Assembly: GCA_036172245.1 (NCBI GenBank) | Contig: JAYWIR010000009.1 | Span: 1,240,001-1,304,000, forward strand | Direction: 5' to 3' | From: Raillietiella orientalis | Taxonomy: Eukaryota | Length of the DNA stretch: 64,000 nt | Shown here: piece by piece, positions 24,820 through 37,810 of the stretch | Numbering within the stretch: the first letter of the stretch is position 1 | Layout: every line of letters starts with the position of its first letter | Program-made: the position numbers and the translations under genes | Notes under the pieces: generated by a model | What the model saw: only the letters and a program-made list of their open reading frames with translations | Told to the model about the DNA's origin: nothing | Database searches by the model: none

Positions 24820-27535
24820 TGGGTACGCCCGGAACGGGACGCCTTGCAACGTTTGCTTCCAAATGGATCCCGGCGATAGGAGAGAAGGAGAAAATAGAGC
24901 ACTACGAGCCCTTTACGAGCGGCGAAATTCTCGCCGGGATTAGAAGGCTCAAGAGGGATAAACTGCAGGGTTGGACGGTCTGCCCACGGAGTTTTATCAA
25001 TGCTTCCCGGCAGAGCTGATCCCTCTGGTGCTTCAGTTGACCAGGCTGATCCGAGAAGGAAGCGATGTTCCCGCCTGGTTTCGGTCAGCCAGGGTGATGC
25101 TCCTTCCGAAGGGAGGAGACCTCAGGAAGCTCAGCAACTGGCGTCCGATCACAATTGTGAATACGGACGCCAAGCTGATCGCCGGACTGTGGGCGTCGCG
25201 TTTGGGACAGGTGGCGGACTCCATAATTAGCCCGGAACAGACTTACGCTGTTCCCGGGCGAAGTATGGACGCCAACCTCATCTTCGCGAGCACATGGTTT
25301 TGCTGGCAGAGTAGTAAACATGATCGAGAGCGTGTGAATGGCTACCCCGCTTTTGGGGCGCCGGCCGGGCAGGGAAGGGACACCGGGGAGGAGAAGGGGG
25401 CCCTAGCGATCGCGGTCGATCTGCATAAAGCGTTCGACTGCGTGGATCAGGATCTCCTGCTGGAGCTTTTGGATCGCATGGGCTTCCCACCCTCCCTACT
25501 CTCCTACCTGAGCTCCTGCTGGCGCAGCGCGCTAATCAACGTTAATTTTAGTGGACAGGTAGCGTACGGCGTGCCAGTGCGGCGGGGCATACAGCAGGGC
25601 AATAGCCTCAGTCCCCTCCTCTTCAGCACCTACTTCGAGTCTGTGCTGAGAGAGTACAGGGGGACTCTGAATGCCTTGCCGAGCTCGTGCCCCGGCACGC
25701 CCGCTGTTGCAGTATGCGCTGATGATCTTCTGCTGATGTTGCCCATGTCCGCCCCGGCAGCCACAGTCGAGGATTTCTTCGATCTGCTAAGCCGTGGGAC
25801 ATTACTGCGGGTTAACAAGGCGAATTCGTCGGTGATAGCGGTTGGTTCGACGTGGGTCGGACGGACTGACTGGATCCGTTTGGGGGTCCCCACGGCCAGG
25901 TACCTGAAGTACCTGGGTGTCCCGTTGGAGGACTTCTGCCATTCAGAAGCCTGGTCAGCTCGTCTCCATAAAGTAGAGCTGGAGATCGGCCCGTCCCTGG
26001 AAGGCAAGTTCCTTCTGCCGGAACGGGCCACGGTGTGGAACGCGTTCGCGGTCCCCATCCTCCGCCCCCTGCTTTTTGTTTGCCTTGTCCCTCCCCCGTT
26101 GAAGAAGAGGACTGAGGACTTACTCCACATCGCCCTCTGGGGCAGCGGGAGGCCCAGAGTGCCCCTGAAGGACTTATGCGCTCCGCGTCGGGACGGCGGT
26201 CTTGGCCTCCTGACGCTGGAGTGCTTGGAGATCCAGCTACGGTGGCGCACCTTGGGCATCGCAGCGAAGTATTAGAGCACCCCCTGGTGCGTTCCGGCTC
26301 GCCTCTTCTCCAGCCGTGTTTCCAGTACGCGAGGACTTGAGTCTTATCTTCTGTGCCCCTGCCGGAAGGTCTGAAGATGCGACCTTCTCCTGGGACGCAT
26401 GGAAGCTCTAGCGAAAGAAAACGGCTGGATGGTAAGCAGCCCTACCAACTCCAGCGCTTAGCTGGAAGAAACATTTGGCACGTGGGCGAAGTTAGACATC
26501 GCAAGAAGCGAGAATTCGAACCGCCTGCGATTCGGCCCCGACGCCTGCTGCACCCTGAGGACCATTCTGGAGTGTCCCATCAGGAGCACGTGGGCGGAGA
26601 CCACCCCATTAGCTACGGCGCTGCCCTTTCTACAGAGGGCCTTCACCAGCGACCGGACGCCGAAGTGGCATGTCTCCTTGCGGATCTCAGGCAGAGAGAA
26701 GAGGATGAGCGGTTGGGCCATGGGAGAACTGGCGGATGCCACGACCCCGAATGCCCTCCCGCGTGGAGTTGAAAGATGGAGCGAGCTGCTCGGCATCCCG
26801 ACAGATAACCTGATGTGGCCCCCAGTGTTAATTGGAACCAGGATTCTTTCCCTCAATTGGCAAGAGTCGGCGCTGCTGCTGTTGCATTGGGGTCTACCCT
26901 GCAACGCGCGCCGCTTCCACTGGACTCGAGGGGGAGTAAATCCTGATTGTACCAGGTGTGGGGAGAGGGAATCGCTCCCCCACCTTCTTCTTGACTGTGC
27001 TGCCCTCCGACCCCTGTGGGAACGTTTTGGGACGACCCTCTGGATCCCTGTGGACAGCCAACCCAGAGACGTTTTCCGGCTCCTCTTCGTGCGGGACGCC
27101 CTGCAGCCAGCCGCAGCCGTGGCAGCACTATGCTGCATTCGAGGCATCGTGGCGGCTTGGAGTGATGCCCACGACGAAGGGGTGGATCCAAACGAGAGGA
27201 ATGTCATCCCGTATGCTCTTCGCTTCATGATGAGAGCCACAGGATTTTGCATTTGTCCCCGTTGAGGACAAATGCAGAAGGACCTCAAGGGCATCCTGCG
27301 GAGGATGGGCCCTCCTCCCAGTGGTCAGTGATTTCTTTCCCTCCCTCCAAACTTTTTGTTTTTCCTTATTTTTTATTTTTCTTTTTGTTTTTTTCCCCCA
27401 TTTCCTTCCACTGCAGAGGAAAGTCACTCCGGGCTGCGTTTTGGCAGGTCCGGTGTTGTGTGGCCGTTAGTGGGGCCTTATACCACGTCTTTGTATAGAG
27501 TTTGCTAATAAACGCCCCGGACGTACCCGAGTGGT
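24820..27535 (+). mobile_element. 5'-truncated Tx1-like family A element (RT, CCHC, 3' UTR)
   Basis: 434-aa RT ORF 24971-26275 (NWRPIT, DLHKAFD, QGNSLSP, CADD). CTRCGERESLPHLLLDC. Conserved family A 3' UTR. Confidence 0.9.
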
Positions 27536-28320
27536 AACCCCGAAACCCTCAGGTAGGCGGTGCAGAGGGAACTGGTCGCAGAACTCCTGGACCGACCGCT
27601 TCAAGCGGTCCCAGTCCTGGAGTTTCTGCAGCCTGAAGCTTCGTATGAACGCACAGAGCTGTTCCGTCGCGTCCGGGAGCTTCAGCCAGTCCCCTGGCAA
27701 ACGCCACGCTGGGGGGCTTCCTGTCGCGCGGATGAATCTGGAGCACGATCGGGCGATGGTCGTTCAACTCGGACGGTAACTTGCCGCACCTGCCCACGCG
27801 AGGGCACAGGTGCTGGTCAAGGAACACGTGGTCGATGCTGTCCTCCATCCCCGGTCCACTGTCCAACACATTACAGGTGTGCACCGCCGTGCACACCTCG
27901 TTGACCAGGTCTCGCTCGTGATTCGGCCCATCTGGTTTCAGGCGAACGTTAAAATCGCCTGCAACCAGATGAATATTCCTCACGCCTGCCTCGGTCATCT
28001 AGTCGCGCCTGAGGGCAAGGAGAAACTCTTTCCTCGCCCTCCTGTCCATCAGGTCCGCGCCGCTCGGGGCCTACACGTTCGTGACGATCAGGTCGATGGA
28101 GTCGGACCACCTGAGAGTCAGCTGGCCGACACGACCGTGATCGTCGAACCGCACGCCCCGCGCCGCGACCTCGACGGCTGGCCGAGGCAGCTAGGCAACA
28201 ACGCAACTTTTGGGTGTCTCATACCGATACCACAGCCGCCCTCCGGAGATCCGCTCGATCTCCTGCGCTCGCACAGAACAGACGTGTTTTCCCGTCTCTC
28301 CGTGTCCGCGATTGAGCATC
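27536..28320 (-). mobile_element. Family A-related APE endonuclease fragment
   Basis: VAGDFNVRL, SIDHVFLD..LCPRVGRCGKLPSELNDH and FCDQFPLHRLP match 14446-15200. Confidence 0.85.
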
Positions 28321-28344
28321 TTTGTGCGTGCGTTTTCGCTCGCA

Positions 28345-29627
28345 CTTGTGTGTTTCTGTGAAGTCGGACAAGCAGCGTAGTGCTACATGGCCAATTCTCA
28401 GAATAGTGTGGAGGAACAAGCCGCTAAATTCACTACACTGGACTGGAAGCGGACGCATCCTCCGTGACGGTTTCCTCGCCTTCGGTGAGGAGCTACGCCG
28501 CCGTTACCTCTCAGGGACCAGGACCCTGCGATGCGGAGTTGCAGGCCTATGTGGCATCCGGTTACATGCCCGCACTCCGTTATAAGGTCAGTGGGCCCCT
28601 TAACGGGAGAATCGGTCGTGAGCTCAATGATGAGCTCGTCCGGATCGGCGTTCGCGAGGAGGAACTCCTTGCCATAATGCCTGCTGGCAGGATGGAATAT
28701 ACGAAGATTCGGTGCAAGAACGCAGCACTTGTGCAGCGCCTTCTCCGTACTCCGCTGACCATCGGTGGCAAGGAAGTCCTGCCTTTCGTGATGGACGACT
28801 CGTTTGTCGTCCAATTGTGCGAAATCGAGCCGGAAATCTCCGACCGCGATGTCGTAAGTGTGCTGGCGAAGTTCGCCACCGTCCGCGCTCTGTAGAGGAG
28901 ACCAAATCCTCTAAAGGATTTCCCCTCTGTCCACATTGCCACCGATGGGGACAAGCCTCCGTGCGGATCACCGTCGCGAACAGGCGTGTTGTGCCCAAGC
29001 AGCTGCAGGTGAACGGCACGGTCGTTCACCTGTGGTTCATAGGAGAGACTCGCGCGTGCGAGCAGTGCGGCAAGGAGGGACACCGAATGAAGGAATGTCC
29101 CACCCCGAAATGCCGCTACCGCAAAGATTCCGGGCACGAAATAAAAAGTTGCCCGGTACTTGCAAAAAAAAGGACAGCAGCGGAACTTCGTCGCATCCAA
29201 GAGACCAATGCACGAAACTCCGCTGCGCCCAAGAAAAAACAGTGTCCGCGAAGTCTTGGCAAAAGCAATACGCGGCTAAACAACAGGCGTCCCCGCCCGT
29301 AACGCCCCGAAAGGGCGAAATCACGGCGGAGAAGCCAACTCAAAAGGGGCTCGACGCGTGCCGTGCCCGCCCTCGCTACCGAACTAGCTAGCACCTCTCC
29401 GATCCAGGAACCAGGAAACCTCCGGAAACCCCTGGACAGAAAGGTAGGAAAGCAGGAAGATGGAAACAGTGCGAGTACTCCCTGCCCCATTCCGTTGTCC
29501 CTTTCGAGTTCCTCAAAGCCCCGATGCAAAGAAGGGCCCTCTGCGACGGCTACGAAAACCGCCAAAAGCAGCGGCGCGTCCCGCAATAACACGCTGCATG
29601 CAGTCGCCTCTTCACTGACTCGGCAGT
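28345..29627 (+). mobile_element. ORF1 remnant of a third Tx1-like family (D), cut off by the adjacent element
   Basis: SYAAVT..GYMPALRYKV..LVQRLLRTPLTIGGKEV is homologous to family A ORF1. Knuckles CEQCGKEGHRMKEC and CRYRKDSGHEIKSC. Contains a stop and a frameshift. Confidence 0.8.
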
Positions 29628-32600
29628 TTTCCTCAAGTCCCACAAGGGGTGGGGTAAGTTCACTTTCAATTTTTAAAACACATTCATTCTACAATCACAT
29701 TCATACAACATGCCAACTTTTCATCACTTTGAAGTCCTTGGGGTGTCACAATTTCTGCACTCAGGGTGGGTTTCCAGATGTTTGGTCCCGGGAGTCGTCC
29801 TCAATCCTCTTCAGGATGAATCGGTACGTCCAGGCATGGATTCGTCCACAGTTCCTGATGCCGATCCTTCTCTTGATGAGTCCTTGAAGGATCTCCATCG
29901 GGGGTGCGGCTCTCCTGGCTTTCCTCATCTTCCACCACCGCACAAGTATGGCGGTGATGAAGTGGGCAATGGTCATCCTCACTATGGGGTTGTAACAGGA
30001 AACATTACCATCTCCCTGAAATATCCTGGCGAGGATTCCCATCACAGACTTGTTGTTTAGTCCTATGATCCTTTTCAGGATCAGCCAGTCGTGTAGCAAT
30101 GTGGGACACGTCAAGTCGTGAAGTCTCGTATCGATGTCTCCACATGCCGTGCAGTCTTCATCTTCCCGTTTTCTGGTGAAGTTCTTGAGCCTGGACCCGC
30201 TCTGGATTGGACTTCCATGATAGAACATCAGGAGGTCGTCCAGGGTGCCCGGCGGAAGGTCACTCCTCCATAGCATGTGTCGATCGCCAATAGGTTGATC
30301 CTGTCACTCCCGTAGCGATCGGCGGCTTCTTGGAGGGCACTGGTGTCTTGGTCCTGGTCCTTGATAATCTTCCGGAGGTTCATCTTGGTTACCCTAGACC
30401 ACGCGAAGTCGTTGTGGTTTATCCACACTTCACGGGTCTTAAGGGTGAGCCTACCTAGCATCATCTCCATATACCGAAGTATACGAGTGTGATGTAGGTA
30501 TCCTCCTCGTCTCCATTCCTGGATTCTTTGCAGGGTAACTCTGGGCCGCTGGTGGATCCAGCTTCTCGTGTCCGGCGGGACAGGAAGCATCCACGGGATC
30601 ACCAGGATGGATTCTTCCTGCCAGAGCTCCCTGCTTCTCGGCACGATCTTGATGTTGTGCTTGCGCACCAGCAGTTGCTTTCTCCTCCAGGTAGGGTCGA
30701 TGGTGTTCCACTGCCCTGCTCGGCCTAGCAGCGCAGTCATCAGGCCTTTCGAATGGTTCAAAAACAACGCGTGGGCCCTATGCGCCGCGTATGACCAGTC
30801 ATCCCAGTGAGTAGCGATATCTAGGATGTGTCGCGAATCCATGATTTCCATGGAGTGTGCAAGCGAATTCATCCCGGAACCGCCCTCTTCACTGGGACGA
30901 CACAGGGGTCTCAAACAAACTCTGGGGCGATAATGCCCCCACAATGTCTTTCTTTGCAGCTTTTCCACTTCTCTGGTGTTCTTTTTCTTCATTCTCGCGA
31001 AGGCCGCTCCGAAGAGAACCTTTGGAAGGAGTACTCTATTCCAGAGGTTGGCTTTCGCTTCATGCCAAAGTCCAGTCGGGTGTACTTCGCTGCTTCTTTT
31101 GCCGTTTTCCCCAGAATTTCCGTCCACAGCAGCTCCGACGCAGAGTCGTGGCCGATTTGGACTCCCAGGTACTTGTCCGTGCCCACCGTTTGGAACCCTC
31201 TCCCCGCGAAAGCGGAGAGATCCAGGATTCCAACGGGCAAAAGCTGGCTCTTCTGGGCATTGATCTTTAGGCCCAGTCCTTCTTCCATAAGCGTCAACAC
31301 ATCCAGGAACGCTTGCTGATCCCTCTCTCCCCTGATGAAGAAAAGGAGGTCATTCGCGTAGGCGAGATGGGTGAGCTTCTGGTCGTCGATGTTAATCCCA
31401 CGTAGTCGCCCGCTCTTCTCGATGAAAGAAGACAGAGCCTCCATGTAGATAACGAACAGCATCGGACTTAGCGAGTCGCCCTGCCGAACTCCTTGTTCCA
31501 TCAGGATCGCTGCTGTTTCTACCCCGTTGATCTTTATCCGGAAACGTTGATTCCGGAGGATCATTTCCACGAAGTTGCTGAAGTATTCCGGAAGTCCCAG
31601 CTTTTCCAGAATCTTCAGCAGCATCCCGTGATCGATGGTGTCGAAGGCTTTCTCCATGTCGGTGAACGCCAGCAACAGGTTCTCGCCGACGTATCGGCTA
31701 AGTCCCACCGTGGCTTGCACGCACTTAACATTGTCCGATATGTGGCGTCCGGGTACCGCACATGTCTGGAAGGGAGAAATCAGCCTCGACATAACCTTGC
31801 CTAAGCGGTTGGCTCAGATCTTTGCCAACCACTTGGTATCCGAGTTAAGGATCGAGATGGGCCTCCATTGGGCTATCCTGGATAGGTCGCCTCCTTTCGG
31901 CAACAATCTCGTCCTGCTCTAGTAGAAGGACTCCGGCAGTCGTCCTTCTTGACGGATGCAGAGGGTCAACTGGTGAAATAAACGCAGGAAGGCGTGCAGG
32001 TACCGCTGATAGTGACTGATGGGAACACTGTTAGGGCCTGCCGCCACATCCTTGCGTAATTCCTGGAACGCAGTCTTTACGTATTCCTCGGAAAAATCCT
32101 CCTCCAGTCTCTTTCACTAGAGATTGCGAATCTTTTTTTCCAGATGCCTCAAGAAGGTCCTCTGTATCGCCTGACACAGATGATCGCGCCGAAAGTGTCC
32201 CGTGTAATGCCTTTCGAATGCATCCACGATGTCCGCCGACGTGTGTCGGCTGTGGTCGCCGTACTGAATCCGAAAGATATCTGTATCCAGATTCTTCTTC
32301 TCCAGTACGCCGACTTCCCCTTTTATGCTATAGAACACGTACCGACTCTCGTACTGATCGAAGTACTTTGAGAGGAAGCGATCTTGGATGTTTCACACCC
32401 GGTACACCTCCTGCCTCAGTCTCTTGTCGTCAAATTACATATTTGCAAACAAATGGATCCTGTGCTCCAGGCTGCCCCAGTCGGCGACTCTTCGGATCGT
32501 AGTGTTCTTCAAAATCGCCTCCAGGACCTCCTGACGACAGAGATGGGTCTCGAACCAGGCGGGCATGCTGATGAGCGCCGCCCTGGTGCCTTGCGTCCGC

Positions 32601-35127
32601 CGAGGATTTTCCATCCTTACGGAAAACCGCACCAACGGGTGATCCGACAACGTGGTGAGCGTGTCGCGAAAATCTTGAATGCGGTTCTCTAGTTCAGTGC
32701 TGTGAAGAACGTGGTCGATCGGCTTGTGGGTAGCTGTTCGCCACAGCAGCCCGAATCCGTCGGACAACCGTCGATACGCCGTCCTTTCCCTAGCGTCCTG
32801 AGAATGAGTGATTTCGTTCCGAATGTTGAGATCGCCAGCGACGATCACGACGTCCTTGGGCGCGACCTTTTGCCGGAGAGCTGCATGCAGCGCCTCCGCA
32901 CACCGATGTTTTAGTCTGTGTGGCCGTACACGCTCACCAGGAAGAGGTGAACGGTACCGGACCACGCCAGTCACACGCCGATGATGCGTCCCTGCAAGGG
33001 ACAGAAGACTTCCAGAATGGTGGGGGCCAGGTGGTTCTTGATCAAGACTGCCACACCTTCCGTGTTCCGCTGTCCTTTGCTGACGAACATCTGCCCATCG
33101 AAGCGTCGTTCCATTTGCTGTATGATCTGGAGACCCAACGTGTGGGTCTCCTGCAGGCACACGATGTCTTGTTGTGCGATGATCCGCACAATTCTTCTTC
33201 TTTGAACCTGGTTGATCAGACCGTTTACATTCCAGGAGGCGATGTTAATCCTCCTGGCGGTCGATAGAGACGAGGCCATAAAGGGGAAGACCTACTTCTT
33301 GGCCTTCCTGAATTTCTTTTGTCTGGGAGGTTGTGATCTCCCAGACGAAGAAGAAGCAGCGGGCTTCTCGCTGCCAGCGTCACTCTCCGTTTCGGTGAGG
33401 TCGGTAACATTGGCCTCCTCGGTGGAGTGCTCGGCTTGTGTGACGAGTTTACGTAGAAGTACTTCCAACGCCACACTAGCTCAGAAGTTTGCCTTCACGT
33501 CGAGAAGCTTGTCCTCCAGCTTCTCGCGCTCGGCAGTTTCCACCACCTAATTGATGGTTTCTTGCGCATTGAAGATCTTCTGCAGTTGTTCCTGCTGGGC
33601 TCCGCTCTGCGCCTCCGCCACTGCTTCTGCAAGTTGTTACACCACTTTGGTGGTCTGCAGGGCATCCTGCGACACCGGGGTGTGCTCTGGCGTTCTCGCC
33701 ACCTCGCCTTCCTCAGTGACTTCCATCCTGTCGGCCTCCTCTGCCACTACTTCCGGGATAAGAGGAGTTTCCTGCTCCTTGACGAGCATCTTCCTCTTCC
33801 CCTTCTTAACAACTTCTACGAAACCGTCCGCCGAGACCGGATCGGCCTCTTTCACCTTCCTCTGATTTACTGGTTTTTGAGGTTTCACAACCTCCGCCAA
33901 TACCCTCTCCCGCACGGGGGATTGGCCACTCATGGTCCGGTAGTTGGCAAACTCCGGACAGCACCACTTTGCATGTCCTGGCTGCTTGCAAAATGAGCAG
34001 ACTTCGGGCATGTCGCAGCCACGCACCTGGTGTCCCTGCTTCCCACATCGGAAGCATCGAGACCTGGGGCAGGCGTCCATTCGGTGCCCAAAGTTTTTGC
34101 AGCCGGTGCAAAAGACCGGCTGCTACCTATATCAAACGGAGACCTCTTAACAGTCTTCGTCGATATGCACAATCCCAGGAATCCGTGCCTCCCCGTTCAA
34201 TTTCATCTTGGCGATGACTTCTCCCGAAAATATGTTTCCGGAATTTTACTTCCAGACCTCACCATATTTGGACAGAGAGTCCCATACCGTCTCCTGCTCA
34301 GTGATGATGCCTATACCGCTCAAAAAGACAGTCGTGTACGGCATTTCGCCGATACCACGCACCATCCTTCCCTGTAGGTTAATGATCTTCTCAATTAGGA
34401 CCTCTCGCAAATGTTCACTATCTGTATATATTGTGAAACCCGATGTACTCGGGATGATCGCCTGAAGGCGGTCGAAGTCCACATTTGCCTTGAATAAGGC
34501 CAAATACACTTCTTTAATGTTATTGAACCGAATCAGTCCGGTTTTTAAAACAATCGGTTTTGATACCAGGCTAATCCAGACAATATGTTCTTTCCATCTA
34601 GTGATGTTCCCTCTCTCGGGCATTCCAAATTTTCTATTTGGCTGGGCACTAGCCTGGCCAGCCGTCACCGCCGCGTACGAAAAAGGCTGCACCACCGCAG
34701 CCGAACAAGCTGGCGTCGCGTTTCTGCACCCCGTGAGCCACGCGGACGCCCGCGGGTCCCGCCTGGGATTCCGCCGTCGCCGCGGGAGTGACCGTTGTCG
34801 CCGCGGGCGCGATCCTTGGCGTCGCCGCCACCTCGCCAATGCCGTACGTTACCTCCATTGCCATGGGGACGTCGGCCTCTCCACTTCTCTTGCTTCCTGC
34901 ATCCTCGCGGCTAGCACGGCCGCTAGGGAAATTGGCAGGGCTTCCACCCTGGACTCCTCGGAGCTGCTGCTGCAGATGCTGAAGATGGTCCTTGGCTGCA
35001 CTGTCGCTTCCACACTAACTTTCACCTTCACTTGCCCTCTCGGGGCACGCAAAAATTGCCGCGGCAGTGATGTTACGCACTGCCTTGGCGGGGTATTGGG
35101 TAAAGTTTCCAAGTAGCAATAATCGCG
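29628..35127 (-). mobile_element. Full-length but disrupted Tx1-like family B element (ORF1, APE-RT-CCHC ORF2)
   Basis: ORF1 ends at 33292 and has three CCHC knuckles. ORF2 starts at 33279 (MASSLSTARRINIASWNVNGL) and includes DMEKAFD, GVRQGDSLSP, YAND and CTACGDIDTRLHDLTC, ending at 29761. Several stops and frameshifts. Confidence 0.9.
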
Positions 35128-35224
35128 CCTCCCTTTAGATCAGCGGCGGCTATACTGTACGTGCGCGAGGCTAACTGACAGTCCTCGTCTCAGCAGGAGA
35201 GGAGCGATCTCTACCTGACTCTGT

Positions 35225-35362
35225 TTTCCCCAATTCCCACAAGGGGTGGGGTAAATTTGTTTTTCCAATTTTACATTACATTCATACTACAATCACATTT
35301 ACACTACTGATACTATACTACCACTTCGAAGTCCTTGGGGTGTCACAAGTTCTGTACGTCAG
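35225..35362 (-). mobile_element. 138-bp severely 5'-truncated family B insertion
   Basis: Matches the 3' UTR at 29628-29762. 17-bp TSD tctctacctgactctgt at 35208-35224 and 35363-35379. Confidence 0.88.
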
Positions 35363-35770
35363 TCTCTACCTGACTCTGTCCCTGCACGTTGCCTTTGAAC
35401 TGCCATGCTTCCGACACTGCCGACCCACATACCTGTTGACTCTCCCTTTCCGGTCACAGATACAGCCGTGGGTGCTTTCATTGTACAGTGTCCCGACACT
35501 GTCTCGGTCGTCTCTCGTTCACTTGCATGTCCCTTCCTGACGGTGTTGTATTGCTGGGCTCTTGCCGTCGAGGTCATAGACATGTCCGGAGGCATTCGCC
35601 CTACGCATTGTCCTGACGCTGTCTGGGTCGACGTCCTTCTGTCTGGTTGTCCCTGGAGCTCTTCCATCAAACGGTGGCCCGCCGCTATCTGGGTCGACAC
35701 CCTTTCGTTCGGTTGCCCCTGCATGATAGCAGCGGACTGCCGGTCTCCCGTCGTTGACGAGGGACACATG
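35363..35770 (-). mobile_element. Family B ORF1 5' fragment
   Basis: Near-identical to 21222-21560, with one extra in-frame ~63-bp repeat unit. Confidence 0.85.
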
Positions 35771-35961
35771 CCTGGCCTGCCAGGCCGCACCCGAGACACC
35801 GGCGAATAATGCCGAAAAGGTCGAGCGAAACGGTCAGGTGCCTGGCTGGCAGGTGGCAACAGTCAAAAAATCAAAGGAGAGGATGGAAGTCAGGAGAATC
35901 GCCTACCATCAGAAGAAAGAGCAGGCAAGCGAGCTTATTAAAGAATGCAGCGCCGTCGTTT

Positions 35962-37810
35962 GTTACTCGGTTGCGCCGGGACGTTTATTAATAAAATCAT
36001 CTGGGAACTGTGTTCCCAGGCAAGGGAACAGAAGATAGGAAGCAGTGTACCCGACACGCAGGCCGGGCACACTGAGTTCGGAACGGAGGGAGGGGACAAT
36101 AAATAAATAAATTTGGTGGAAGGGTAGGGATATGGAACTGCAGTTCCATCCGTTCGTAGTCTCAGAACCGGCGGTGAATGCCGGCAATCTCCGTCCTCAC
36201 TTCTGCGTTAAGGTGTGGCCACCCGGCAGCCAGTTGCAGATTGCAGACTGCACTGTCGGGGACCGATGTTGGGACCGCTCGCAGCTGCAATATGTGATGG
36301 GCCCTGACAATGGCGCGGACAAAGCAGATCATTCCGTCGATTGCTCCCAGAGATAGATCGCCACGCGTGAAGAAGCGGCGCATCCAATCCATTGTGGTGT
36401 GTCCGAGGTGCAGGAGCGCTGAAGACAGCTCCTGGAGGGAACCGCATTTAAAAAACAGATGAGGAAGCGATTCCACTGCTCCGCATTTTGCACAGTTCAG
36501 GGACGCGACTCCCCCGGAAACCAGGTGTGCGCGCTGGTTGCAATACCGACCCCAATGCACCAGCAGAAAAGCGTCCTGTTTCCACCGAAGGGGGAACACA
36601 GTCGCGACCAAGCACCAAGAAGGGACTACAAGTTCTTCGGGGGGCACCCCGAGGAGCTCGCTCTACCGGAGAAGTCCCTTGGCACGAAGGCGAGGCGTGG
36701 CAGCGTCTGCCAGCTCGCGGGTCCTCCAGCCGCCCAGAAGTCGGGTTTCGCCTGCGATAGCGCGAGACCTCCCACCTCGCCGGTAGGACATTGTCGTCTC
36801 GCACCATCAGGGCAGACAGTGCTTCGGCGAGGGGTGTTGCGGCTAGGCGTGTGCACTTGTCCTGGTCTTGCAACACCTCCCCCAATGGACAGTATGGGGA
36901 AAGGTTCACGCAACGGAGTTCCAAACGGAACACATCCTGTTGCGCTGCCCAGGACGATAAGGCTTCCTGCTTTCAAGCGTTGAGGTTTGTCGGCCGGCAG
37001 GAGATCCACGAATGCGTTCCCAGAAGCGAGGCGAGCTGCCTCAGAGGGAAGCCTCCCATGGCGCGCTCCGTACGCAGGTGCAACGAACGCAGTCCGTCGC
37101 CACCCGTGCAACGCCGCAGCAGCAGTCGCGCTGGAGCACACCAGGGAGTCGTCCAAAGCCGGGGCGCAAAGTGCCAGCATGCGCAACTGCACTGGCAGTC
37201 CGATCCGCTCCAGCGTCAGGATGCCCAATCCTGCATCCCGCCGAGGAGCCTCCAAGTCTTTGAGGCGGATCCGGGACCTCGCCGGTCCCACAAGGCGTGC
37301 CGCAACAGGCGTTGCGCCCGGCGCTTAGCCGAGTAGGGAGGGGGACAAACAAAAAAGAGGGGACGAAGGAGGGGGGCAACGAAAATGTTCCCCACGAAGG
37401 CCCGTTACGACAGGAGGAACCTGCGGCCTTGGAACGGGCCCAGAGCACTTTCGGCCTTGAGAAGGCAGTCCGACCACGCTTCTTCTGGACAGAAGGCGCC
37501 CAAGGGAACGCCAAGGTACTTAAGGCACCTGCCCGTGGGGATCCCCAGGCGGATCCAGTCGGACTGTCCCTCCCACGTAGAGCCAACCGGTACAACGGTG
37601 GTGGATTTCGTCCTGTTGACGCTCACGCCCGCTCACCGACGAATGAGCTCGAAGAAACTTCGAGCCTGGACTCCGGGGTGGACATGGGCAGCAACAGAAG
37701 TAAGTCGTCAGCATAGGCAGCCACGGCCGGAGTTCCCGGGCAGGAGCTCGTCAGGTTGGCCAGCCTCAGCCTGTACCTGCCGGCATGTCTCCGCGGCGCT
37801 CCCGTAGGTG
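35962..37810 (-). mobile_element. Divergent family A-related 5'-truncated element
   Basis: PGTPAVAAYADDLLLLLPMS, WIRLGIPTGRCLKYLGVPLG, NCAKCGAVESLPHLFFKC. The 3' end reads aataaacgtcccggcgcaaccgag. Confidence 0.85.
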
